From positions 63,912-127,911 of the IMG/VR virus record IMGVR_UViG_3300012940_000021: DNA of 64,000 nucleotides, one strand, 5' to 3'. The translations under genes and the position numbers were made by a program. The stretch comes from a virus (Duplodnaviria > Heunggongvirae > Uroviricota > Caudoviricetes). Shown here piece by piece: positions 25,764 to 33,552 of the stretch (position 1 is its first letter; each line of letters opens with the position of its first letter). Under the pieces are notes generated by a model. That model did no database searches. It was given only the letters and a program-made list of their open reading frames with translations, and was not told the origin of the DNA.

Positions 25764-26210
25764 CTACTGGCCGATGGCGGCGTACTTCTCCGCGAAGTGC
25801 CGACGGACGCGCTGGCGCTCGGACGCATCCGAGATGAGTTCCACGGCCTCCAGCGAGATCTTGGTGACCTCCTCCATGAGCGCGGCGCGGAGCTGCTCCT
25901 GGCTGACCTGGAGCACGCGGTTCCACTCCTTCAGCAGGTCGAGCCACTGAGCATTGAAGTCCTTCTCGGTGTTGACTCCGACCCAGCCGTGCTCCTCGCG
26001 GTACTTGATGATGAGGTAGCGAGTGACGATGCGCTCCAGCAGGATCTCCTGGGCGGTGTGCATCGGGATGCCGAAGGCTTCGGCGCGCAGGCGGCTCTTC
26101 AGCTCGTCGTGGAGCGCGAGCAGCTCGGGGTCCTGGGCGATGTACTCCGGCAGACGGAACGCTCGTTCGAGACCGTCAGCGGGTGCTGCATCGAGATCGC
26201 GGTCGGTCAT
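25764..26210 (-). CDS. hypothetical protein (148 aa), possible terminase small subunit by position
   Basis: ATG at 26210 immediately after conserved motif (leaderless arrangement identical to 7737). Confidence 0.4.
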   Translation of the reverse strand: MTDRDLDAAPADGLERAFRLPEYIAQDPELLALHDELKSRLRAEAFGIPMHTAQEILLERIVTRYLIIKYREEHGWVGVNTEKDFNAQWLDLLKEWNRVLQVSQEQLRAALMEEVTKISLEAVELISDASERQRVRRHFAEKYAAIGQ

Positions 26211-26230
26211 GCTATGTGATATCGGCCTCG
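26211..26230 (-). promoter_or_regulatory. left-arm conserved motif copy 6 (CGAGGCCGATATCACATAGC + ATG); its TAG is the stop codon of the upstream GT2 gene
   Basis: seen in sequence. Confidence 0.6.
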
Positions 26231-26946
26231 CGGAAGGTGGGCGACCCCCAGAACTGCTGGAAGTGCGGGTTTCGGAAGAAGTTCTCGGCGGTCCCGTGCG
26301 TGCCCACGACTCCGATGTGGTCCGAGCGAGGGGCGCACGGAACGGCGCACCGCAAGCCTCGCTGCGGCAACACCCTCGTGTTGAGGTTCCAGTCCCAGCC
26401 GGACTGGTGCCCCGGATAGTCGTTGAAGGTCGAGTAGTCGTGGTCCCACGTCGGGCTGATGACCTGCTCCCAGCGGTCGCGCCACGTGCCCCAGACCAGA
26501 GGGCTGAACTGCCGCGACCGCTGGACTACATCGGGCTGCGTGGGGTCGCTCGTCATCGTGTTGAAGGCGTTGACGGTGGCGATCTCTGGATCGTGCTCGA
26601 AGTGCTCGGACGACCACTCGAAGAACTTCAGGATGTCGTCGGACACCACGATGTCGTCCTCCGTGCGGACCACGAAGTCGAAGCCCTCGGAGAACAGGCG
26701 CTCGAAGACGACCCACGGGTGACGAAGCACTCCGTAGCGCTCGGGGTTGATGGTCAGCTCGATGTCGATCCCCATGCGATCCGAGAAGGACCGAATGATG
26801 TCGGAGACCGCACTCTGGAGAGGCGACGGCTCGATGGTGGCCAAGACGGTCCACCCCTCCAGACCCTGCACCGACTCCCACGAGACCAGCGAGTCTCGAA
26901 GGTAGTCGGGACGGTTGTAGGCCGTGAGGAAGAGCGCTCGCCGCAT
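26212..26946 (-). CDS. glycosyltransferase, GT-A fold (family 2-like), 244 aa
   Basis: N-terminal FLTAYNRPDYL and TEDDIVVSDD (DxD-like) motifs; upstream part of the long ORF is wrong-frame artefact. Confidence 0.6.
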   Translation of the reverse strand: MRRALFLTAYNRPDYLRDSLVSWESVQGLEGWTVLATIEPSPLQSAVSDIIRSFSDRMGIDIELTINPERYGVLRHPWVVFERLFSEGFDFVVRTEDDIVVSDDILKFFEWSSEHFEHDPEIATVNAFNTMTSDPTQPDVVQRSRQFSPLVWGTWRDRWEQVISPTWDHDYSTFNDYPGHQSGWDWNLNTRVLPQRGLRCAVPCAPRSDHIGVVGTHGTAENFFRNPHFQQFWGSPTFREADIT

Positions 26947-27719
26947 CAGAGGGTCTCCACTGGAGGGGCGGCTTCCACGACCGGCTCCAGGACCTCCACT
27001 ACCTCGCCCACCACGAGGTCGGGGATCGGAGTGGCGGTCTCCACGACGTTCGAGCGCCCATCCTTCTTGTGCCCCCAGTGGTGAACGGCGATGGTCTCTG
27101 GAGGGAGCTGGTCGAGGAACTCCTGGGCGTCGCCGCCCGGCACGATCCGACTCCAGTGGATCGGGTTGAAGGTCGGGACCGGGTAGACGTGGATCAATCC
27201 AGGATGAAGCCGAGCCTGCTCGGTCAGCAGCGAGGGGCCGGTGGTGAGGACCATCTCGGCGGTCGGGTTGGCAAAGTACTTCTCGGGGAGTCGGGCGAGC
27301 ACCTTGCCCCAGAACTCGTTCTGGGGATCTGGAGCGCCGAAGGCGGCGTTCACGATGTCCCCGATGTCGTTCTCGTAGGAGGCCCAGGCTCGGTCGGGCA
27401 GGTTCTCCGGCAGCGGGCGCACGGGCTGCATGTCGCAGTTCACGTAGACGCCGCCCCACTTGTGGACCAAGGCGTAGGCCACCACGTCCGCGAGCTGGAC
27501 GTACAGCTCGATGCCGTGCCGTCCGGCGTCCCGCTCGTAGAGGCTGTCGAAGACCGGCTTCAGGTCGGGGAAGTCGCTGAGGACGCTCTCGTCCCAGAGG
27601 AGGACCTGCCAGCCGGGGTTGAGGTCTTGCCACATCCAGCCGTAGACCTCGTACTCATCGGGGATGACCCGCCCGGCCCAGAAGCGGTGGATGATCCGGG
27701 TGTGGCCGAACTCGTTCAT
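26946..27719 (-). CDS. glycosyltransferase with DXD sugar-binding region (Och1/GT32-like), 257 aa
   Basis: RIIHRFWAGR...NPGW...LLWDE motif block typical of Gly_transf_sug family. Confidence 0.55.
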   Translation of the reverse strand: MNEFGHTRIIHRFWAGRVIPDEYEVYGWMWQDLNPGWQVLLWDESVLSDFPDLKPVFDSLYERDAGRHGIELYVQLADVVAYALVHKWGGVYVNCDMQPVRPLPENLPDRAWASYENDIGDIVNAAFGAPDPQNEFWGKVLARLPEKYFANPTAEMVLTTGPSLLTEQARLHPGLIHVYPVPTFNPIHWSRIVPGGDAQEFLDQLPPETIAVHHWGHKKDGRSNVVETATPIPDLVVGEVVEVLEPVVEAAPPVETL

Positions 27720-27723
27720 CGCC

Positions 27724-28641
27724 CTAGCCCCGGTAGTACTCGACCGTCCGTCGCACTCCCTCTGGAAGGGGGACGAACGCCCGGCCCTCTGGACCATAGA
27801 TCACGTTCAGGGTGCTCGGATCGGCCTTGACCACGGCCCCTGGAGTCTCGCCGGGTCGAAGTGGAAGGTGGACGATGGACCCCGAACCGACCTCCCGGAT
27901 GACTGCCTCCGCGATGTCGAGGACGGTGGTGTCAGCCCCGGTGCCTGCCTCCAGGACGTGGATGAAGTTCCCGTTCTGGGCGGTCGCGTAGAGGGCATCC
28001 ACCAGGATGTCGGCCACGTCGCTGACGAAGATCATGTCCATGATCTGCTGGCCGTCGCCGTAGACCTCGATGGGGTCTCCGTGCAGCGCTCGCATCACGA
28101 ACGACGGCATGATCTTGCGGACCTTGCTCGGACCGTAGGGAGCAGCGACCGACTGCCGAGGCCCGTAGGCGTTGAGCGCCCGGACGACCGAGATGTTCGT
28201 GCCCCGGTACTTGTTGAACATCCAGCAGAGGCGCTCGACCGTGGACTTCGAGATCGAGTAGGGGTTCTGCTCCCAGTGGTTGCCGACCGCGATGTTGACG
28301 CCCGGAATCTTGTACTGCGCCGCCGCCTCCAGGATGTTCAAGCCACCTTGGATGTTGGTCATGATGGCTGGAGTCGGGTTGCCGATGGTCTCCTGCGTGC
28401 CGAGCACTCCGGCCAGGTGGATGAAGGCGTCGGCGTGGGCCATGGCCTCGGTGACAGCGACCGGATCGCGCATGTCTCCGAGGAAGGCCGTGACCCCTGA
28501 AGGGTGCATGTGCGTCGCGGTGTGGTCGAGCACGAGCACGCGGTTCCCGTCCGCCAGGAGGCGCTCCACGACGTAGGAGCCGATGAAGCCTGCCCCTCCG
28601 GTGACGAGTACGGTCTGGTTCTTCACTGAGCGCTCCTTCAT
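27724..28641 (-). CDS. NAD-dependent nucleotide-sugar epimerase/dehydratase (SDR family), 305 aa
   Basis: VTGGAGFIGS Rossmann motif, YSISK catalytic YxxxK. Confidence 0.85.
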   Translation of the reverse strand: MKERSVKNQTVLVTGGAGFIGSYVVERLLADGNRVLVLDHTATHMHPSGVTAFLGDMRDPVAVTEAMAHADAFIHLAGVLGTQETIGNPTPAIMTNIQGGLNILEAAAQYKIPGVNIAVGNHWEQNPYSISKSTVERLCWMFNKYRGTNISVVRALNAYGPRQSVAAPYGPSKVRKIMPSFVMRALHGDPIEVYGDGQQIMDMIFVSDVADILVDALYATAQNGNFIHVLEAGTGADTTVLDIAEAVIREVGSGSIVHLPLRPGETPGAVVKADPSTLNVIYGPEGRAFVPLPEGVRRTVEYYRG

Positions 28642-29756
28642 CGTTCTCGCATCTCCGCGAGAGAGAGCTTGCGAGGGGGGCCTGCGGTGGGTTCGGCGGG
28701 TCTGGCCGAATCCGGTGGAGCGGGTACTACACCGGGGGACGAAACCGCCTTCCCCCGAGTGAACGCTTCAGCGATCAGGATAAGGGCCAGCTCCAGGTTG
28801 CCGCGAGGATCGGAAGACCCCCGAAGGCGGGTATTGACCTCCCACAGCGTCTTGACGGCGAAGAGCAGTCGTTCCTGCTCCAAACGCAGGGCGAGTTCGC
28901 GCCGTGCCTCGAACGAGGCCCCGGTCACCTGGAGGGTCCCTCCGGCCTTCAGCACGAACAGGTCTCGGATGCAGGCCACCAACTCGGCCTGGATCTGGGA
29001 GGGGGAACCGATGGTGGCTAGCTGCTCGTCCAGGAGAGCGAAGATGCGCTCGTGGTTGCCGGTCATCATGGCGGCGAGCAGCGCTGGGGCCGGGTCGTGC
29101 TCGCCCGCAAGCGTCGCGTAGCCCTCCAGGGTCGTGACACGAGCGCGCCAGGCCATGTCGAGCGACTGGATGGCGCGGCGGACGTTCCCGTCGCTGCGCT
29201 GAGCCAGGTGGTGCAGGAGCGCAGGCTCGACCTCGATGCCTTCCTTCTGCGCGATGACGACCAGGCGGTCCAGGACCTCCGCCGCCGAGACCGAACGGAA
29301 CTGGAACTCCACGAGCCGGGACAGGATGGTCTCCGGGATCTTGTGCGGCTCGGTCGTGACGAGCACGAAGACCGTCCCGGCAGGCGGCTCCTCCAGCGTC
29401 TTCAGGAACGCCTCGTAGCCCTGCTTCGTGATCGACTGCGCCTCGTCCAGGATGACGACTCGGTAGGAGCCTCCGGTCGAGTAGCGCACCACGTCGATGA
29501 GCTTGCGAATCTGATCGACGCCTCCGTTGCTGGCCGCGTCGATCTCGATGGTGTCGCTGGCGTCCATGGCCGAGGCCAGGATGCGCGCCGCCGTGGTCTT
29601 GCCGACGCCGGACGGGCCGGAGAAGAGCAGCCCCGGAGGGACGGACTCCGTGGTGACCATCTGCTGGAGCACGATGGCGTTCAGGCGCTGCCCGATCATT
29701 TCTGAAAACGAAGTCGGGCGGTACTTCAGAACGAGGGGCTGCCCGTCAGAGGCCAT
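28638..29756 (-). CDS. DNA polymerase III clamp loader subunit (DnaX/gamma-tau-like AAA+), 372 aa
   Basis: KYRPTSFSEMIGQ, GPSGVGKTT Walker A, VVILDEAQ Walker B, SRL sensor. Confidence 0.85.
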   Translation of the reverse strand: MASDGQPLVLKYRPTSFSEMIGQRLNAIVLQQMVTTESVPPGLLFSGPSGVGKTTAARILASAMDASDTIEIDAASNGGVDQIRKLIDVVRYSTGGSYRVVILDEAQSITKQGYEAFLKTLEEPPAGTVFVLVTTEPHKIPETILSRLVEFQFRSVSAAEVLDRLVVIAQKEGIEVEPALLHHLAQRSDGNVRRAIQSLDMAWRARVTTLEGYATLAGEHDPAPALLAAMMTGNHERIFALLDEQLATIGSPSQIQAELVACIRDLFVLKAGGTLQVTGASFEARRELALRLEQERLLFAVKTLWEVNTRLRGSSDPRGNLELALILIAEAFTRGKAVSSPGVVPAPPDSARPAEPTAGPPRKLSLAEMRER

Positions 29757-29994
29757 CTTCGATGTCCTGGGTCAGGTCATCGAGGAGGTCCCGACGCATG
29801 TCCTCGATCATGCGCTCCAGCAGCTCGGCCTCGTTTTTCGAATCTCCGTAGTAGAAGTCGAAGGCCAGCGTGATGTTGTCGTGGCACGCCTTGCAGGGCT
29901 GCTGCGAGATCAGGCAGTCGTTGTGGACTCCGAGCTGGTGCGCCTTGCGGAGCACCTTCCGGGGCATTCCGGGGTCGATCATCAGCTCAGCCAT
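29746..29994 (-). CDS. small Cys/His protein (82 aa), possible zinc-binding
   Basis: CLISQQPCKACHDN motif; overlaps neighbours. Confidence 0.45.
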   Translation of the reverse strand: MAELMIDPGMPRKVLRKAHQLGVHNDCLISQQPCKACHDNITLAFDFYYGDSKNEAELLERMIEDMRRDLLDDLTQDIEDGL

Positions 29995-30637
29995 CCTCGC
30001 GCACCTGCGTCTTCCCGTCCTCCAAGGTGAAGCGGTACACCTTGTCGGCATCTTCCGCGAACTCGGGCTGGTGGGTGACCATGAAGATCTGGACGCTCGT
30101 CTTGTCCACGATCTGGCGGAGGAACTCCCGGAGCGGGTCCAGGTACTCGGCACTCACGTGGGCGAAGGTCTCGTCCAGGATCAGGATGTTCTCAGTCTTC
30201 GTGCCCTTGGACAGGAGCATCACGACGAGCCGGAGCAGGAAGCCGATGGTCGCGGCCAAGCCGCCGCCTCGGGCCTCCATGACGTTGGTCTCGAAGACGC
30301 GGCCCTCCAGGGTCGTGCGGACGATGAACTCCACGGTCGCGGACTTGCCGCGCACCGCCTGGATGATGTGGAAGGACAGCGACTCATCGAAGATCGTCTG
30401 GAGTCCACGAGTGACCAGCTCCTCGATGATGCGCTGCGCCTTCATCTGCCGGTCCTCGCCCAGCGAGTTGAGCAGGATGGTCACCCGCTCCAGGGTCTCG
30501 ATGGTCTCGGCAAGGTCAGCGACCTCGGCCTGAAGCTCCTTGCCGCGCAACAGGGTCGCTCGCATCTCGCCTTGCTCTGCGTCGATGCGACGACGCGCTT
30601 GGCGAGTGCGGATGGTGAGGGTGTCGAGGTCAGCCAT
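29987..30637 (-). CDS. Rad50/SbcC-type ABC ATPase C-terminal lobe only (216 aa): coiled-coil, signature-like motif, Walker B, H-loop; no Walker A lobe
   Basis: GGGLAATIGFLLRL (signature-like), ILILDETFAHV (Walker B), FMVTHQ (H-loop); ATG 3 nt after right-arm motif. Confidence 0.5.
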   Translation of the reverse strand: MADLDTLTIRTRQARRRIDAEQGEMRATLLRGKELQAEVADLAETIETLERVTILLNSLGEDRQMKAQRIIEELVTRGLQTIFDESLSFHIIQAVRGKSATVEFIVRTTLEGRVFETNVMEARGGGLAATIGFLLRLVVMLLSKGTKTENILILDETFAHVSAEYLDPLREFLRQIVDKTSVQIFMVTHQPEFAEDADKVYRFTLEDGKTQVREDG

Positions 30638-30638
30638 T

Positions 30639-30657
30639 TCACGTTGTGATACGTCCG
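30639..30657 (-). promoter_or_regulatory. right-arm conserved motif (GGACGTATCACAACGTGAA) abutting start of 29987-30637
   Basis: core CGTATCAC shared by >=9 sites. Confidence 0.55.
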
Positions 30658-31088
30658 GCTGTAGGAATCGCACAGCGCGTAAGCGGTAATCGCTGGGGGT
30701 TTACAGCTCGGGATGTCTGGTGTATGCGCGCAGGCAGCCCCGCGCTCGCGGGAATCAGATGAAGTTGAATCTCTCCAGGTAGCGATCCAGAGCCTGGGAT
30801 GCTGGATAAGGCCCCTTACCCCACGCGGTGAAAAAATCTCACCCATGGTGGTGACTCGCCCGGTCTCGACGCCGTTGTCGAAGGTGGACGGCCAGGCCCA
30901 GATCTCAGCTCCCGGCTCGGATGCTCCCTGGAGAGCGAGTAGCACTCCAGTACAGCGACCGTCGCCTCCGAGGATTGCCCTTCGAGGGGTTCTCGCGGAT
31001 GGGAGAGGCTGGAGCGCCCGACGGCGCGGCCCCTACTGCTGCACGCAGTGCGAGTGAATGTACCCCCGGAGATGCTCCCTCGCAAGTC

Positions 31089-31130
31089 GAAGCCCCTCCA
31101 CTGCGTGCAGCAGTTCGGTGGAGGGGCTTC
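31089..31130. terminator. 13-bp perfect inverted repeat (GAAGCCCCTCCAC...GTGGAGGGGCTTC) with 16-nt loop in the 750-bp non-coding region; probable bidirectional terminator/boundary of the plus-strand island
   Basis: seen in sequence. Confidence 0.5.
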
Positions 31131-31151
31131 GCGCTGGAAACTGTACCGGAG

Positions 31152-31340
31152 TCAGCTTTGCTGGTCAAACTTCAGCGGCGTATCACTCCGAGAGGGCACT
31201 GCCAGCGCGACCTTGATCCGACGCCGCTCCTTGCGAGTCGGATCGGTGAGTGCGAAGTAGGCCCAGGTCGCAATCGTGATCGGGATCATCGCCGCCGCGA
31301 TCCAGAACGCGACGATGGCGAAGGTCAGGAAGGTGTCCAT
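31152..31340 (-). CDS. small hydrophobic protein (62 aa, two predicted TM segments)
   Basis: ORF with hydrophobic stretches; no clear SD. Confidence 0.3.
   Translation of the reverse strand: MDTFLTFAIVAFWIAAAMIPITIATWAYFALTDPTRKERRRIKVALAVPSRSDTPLKFDQQS
31177..31195 (+). promoter_or_regulatory. right-arm motif in plus orientation (CAGCGGCGTATCACTCCGAGAGG; 16-mer identical to copy at 41066-41083)
   Basis: seen in sequence; only plus-oriented copy, upstream of plus-strand island. Confidence 0.4.
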
Positions 31341-31360
31341 GAGTCTGGCACTCTAGCAGG

Positions 31361-31392
31361 TTGCAATTGTCATCCGCTAGGTATAGTCTGAA
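31361..31392 (+). promoter_or_regulatory. sigma70-like promoter P1 for plus-strand island: TTGCAA-15 nt-TATAGT, overlapping TTGCAATTGTCA element
   Basis: hexamers seen in sequence ~45 nt upstream of ATG 31431 (SD AGGAGGA). Confidence 0.55.
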
Positions 31393-31430
31393 TCACGGTC
31401 AACATTCATTTCCGAAAATAGGAGGACACC

Positions 31431-31796
31431 ATGGCCCAGCTCCCCGAAGGTCTCACCCAGAAGGACATCGACCGGCTCGCGCAGCTCGACGCCGGGATGA
31501 AGAAGCTCCAGGACGAGTACAACGCCCTGAAGGACAAGGTGAAGCGTGCCCATCAGGACGCGGGCCTCACCGGCAAGCAGACGCTCGTCTACCCGAGCGA
31601 CAAGTACGGGACCGTCATCGTGGACCTCAACGAGCAGAAGCGCGTGGACACCGAGGCCCTCATCAAGGCGCACCCCTTCGACAAGTTCCCGCAGTACTGG
31701 CGGATGCAGTTCGACCAGGCGGCGGTGGACGAGACCGTCCTCAACAAGTTCCGCACGAACGTCATCCCGACGCTCTCGATCAAGGTCGCGCAGTAG
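31431..31796 (+). CDS. hypothetical protein (121 aa)
   Basis: first gene of plus-strand island, strong SD. Confidence 0.65.
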   Translation: MAQLPEGLTQKDIDRLAQLDAGMKKLQDEYNALKDKVKRAHQDAGLTGKQTLVYPSDKYGTVIVDLNEQKRVDTEALIKAHPFDKFPQYWRMQFDQAAVDETVLNKFRTNVIPTLSIKVAQ

Positions 31797-31865
31797 GGGA
31801 GGGCACGCCGACAGAAGACGCCGACGAGCACCAAACCCAACGCCAGATCCTTCGAAAGGACATCC

Positions 31866-32846
31866 ATGTTCGTTCTTGCCATCATCGTCTTGCTGCTGGC
31901 CCTCGTGGCCTTCGTCGCCTCGTTCTTCATCCGGGTGACCGGCGAGCGCCGCAACCCCGAGACTCGGGAGTACGAGACCGTCGAGCTGAGGGGACCCACG
32001 CGGTGGACTCGCCTCGGTGCCTTCGGCGGATTCGTCCTCGGCGGTCTCTTCCTGCTGTTCGCGTCCTCCTACACCCAGGACCCCGGCGAGGCCAACGTGC
32101 TCCGCTCGTGGACGGGTGAGGTCGTCGGCTACGAGACCACGCCGGGCTTCCACCTGAAGGCCCCATGGGTGGACACCGTGACCTTCGACATCCGCAACCA
32201 GCGCGCCGTCTTCGTGAGCGAGCAGGTCGCAGGAGAGGGCGACAACGCGGGCGGCGTCGCGGATGGCCCGCAGATCACCGTGCAGGACGCCGAGGGCGTG
32301 ACGGCGAACATCGACATCGCCATCCGCTACAGCATCGACCCCGACGCGGTGGAGGGCATCTACGCCGACTACGGCAACGAGGAGAACCTGCGCTCGCGGC
32401 TCATCTTCAACGACATCCGCTCGGTCGTGCGCAACGTCCCCGGCTCGTTCGACACCATCGAGCTGCTGACGAACCGCACGGATGTCCAGAACGCCATCCA
32501 GGAAGCCCTGGAGGCGCGCTGGGAGGACGACGGCATCATCGTGGAGGACGTGGCGCTCCAGGAGATCCGCTACGGCGAGAGCGTGACCGCTGCCTTCGCG
32601 GCGGCGCAGGAGGCCCAGATCCAGGTCGAGACCGAGCAGGCTCGCCTGGAGGCCGTCCAGGTGTCGGCGCAGCAGAAGGTGGTCCAGGCACAGGCCGAGG
32701 CGGACGCCAACGCCATCCTGAACGCCTCGCTCACCCCGGCCATCCTCCAGCAGCGCTACTTCGACACGCTGCGTGAGCTGGCGGCGGCGGGCAACCTCGT
32801 CATCACCGACGGCACGAGCACCCCGCTGGTGCAGATTCCCCGGTGA
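31866..32846 (+). CDS. SPFH/band-7 (stomatin/prohibitin/HflKC-like) membrane protein (326 aa)
   Basis: N-terminal TM helix, band-7 core (LKAPWVDTVTFDIRNQ...), C-terminal coiled-coil/oligomerisation region. Confidence 0.75.
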   Translation: MFVLAIIVLLLALVAFVASFFIRVTGERRNPETREYETVELRGPTRWTRLGAFGGFVLGGLFLLFASSYTQDPGEANVLRSWTGEVVGYETTPGFHLKAPWVDTVTFDIRNQRAVFVSEQVAGEGDNAGGVADGPQITVQDAEGVTANIDIAIRYSIDPDAVEGIYADYGNEENLRSRLIFNDIRSVVRNVPGSFDTIELLTNRTDVQNAIQEALEARWEDDGIIVEDVALQEIRYGESVTAAFAAAQEAQIQVETEQARLEAVQVSAQQKVVQAQAEADANAILNASLTPAILQQRYFDTLRELAAAGNLVITDGTSTPLVQIPR

Positions 32847-33064
32847 TGAACACCCCGAAGTCCCTCGTGAGGGCGGGTGCGGTCCTGGTGGCCGTGCTCG
32901 CCCTCACGGGCTGTGAGCGCGCCGACGGCTTCACCGAAGAGGCCGAGCGGCAGTACACCATCGACTGCCTGGAGCTGGGCGGCGAACTGCGCGAGATCGA
33001 GGTTCCCGAGGTCAGCGCGCAGTGCGTCTTCACGTTCCCCGACCTCCCCTCCACTGACCAATGA
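32843..33064 (+). CDS. small lipoprotein (73 aa), translationally coupled to SPFH gene
   Basis: signal peptide with LTGC lipobox; ATGA start/stop overlap. Confidence 0.6.
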   Translation: MMNTPKSLVRAGAVLVAVLALTGCERADGFTEEAERQYTIDCLELGGELREIEVPEVSAQCVFTFPDLPSTDQ

Positions 33065-33465
33065 GCACTCGACTCGGACCCCTGTACCACTGGTCTCCAC
33101 GGGACCGGCTCAACAGCATCAAGCGTTACGGGCTGCTGCCCGGCAAGCGCAACATCCGAGGTCCCGTCTGGCACGGGAACGAGACCAACCCGAACATCGA
33201 CAACAACGAGGACATCGGGGAGGGGGAGTTCCTCCAGCGAGGCATCTGCTTCGCTCCAGACCCGGCTACGGCCTGGGACCTGTCGCACCGCATCTTCGAC
33301 GTGCCCGGCACCTACGACCTCTGGCAGGTCGTGCTGGAGGAGAGCGACGAGGTTCACATCCTGCCTCAGTGGGGGGCGCGCATCTGGGAGGTTCGCGTCT
33401 TCAACCGCATCTACAAGCGCCGCCTCATCTGGGTGGGTGAACGCACCATTCTGCCCCCCGACTGA
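33061..33465 (+). CDS. small protein (134 aa) with DarT/ADP-ribosyltransferase-like N-terminal motif; candidate toxin/effector
   Basis: LYHWSPRDRLNSIKRYGLLPG resembles DUF4433/DarT N-terminal NAD-binding motif; ATGA coupling to lipoprotein gene. Confidence 0.3.
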   Translation: MSTRLGPLYHWSPRDRLNSIKRYGLLPGKRNIRGPVWHGNETNPNIDNNEDIGEGEFLQRGICFAPDPATAWDLSHRIFDVPGTYDLWQVVLEESDEVHILPQWGARIWEVRVFNRIYKRRLIWVGERTILPPD

Positions 33466-33473
33466 GGGGTGGT

Positions 33474-33515
33474 GGCAATTGTCATCTATGCGATAGGGTG
33501 TCAATTGCAATCCCC
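33474..33515 (+). promoter_or_regulatory. promoter/operator region P2 with inverted pair GGCAATTGTCA ... TGTCAATTGCAA upstream of surface-protein gene
   Basis: two copies of the TTGCAATTGTCA-family element in opposite orientation; SD GAAGGGAGA before ATG 33553. Confidence 0.5.
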
Positions 33516-33552
33516 GTCTTGGGGAACAAGCTGGTCAACGAAGGGAGACCAC

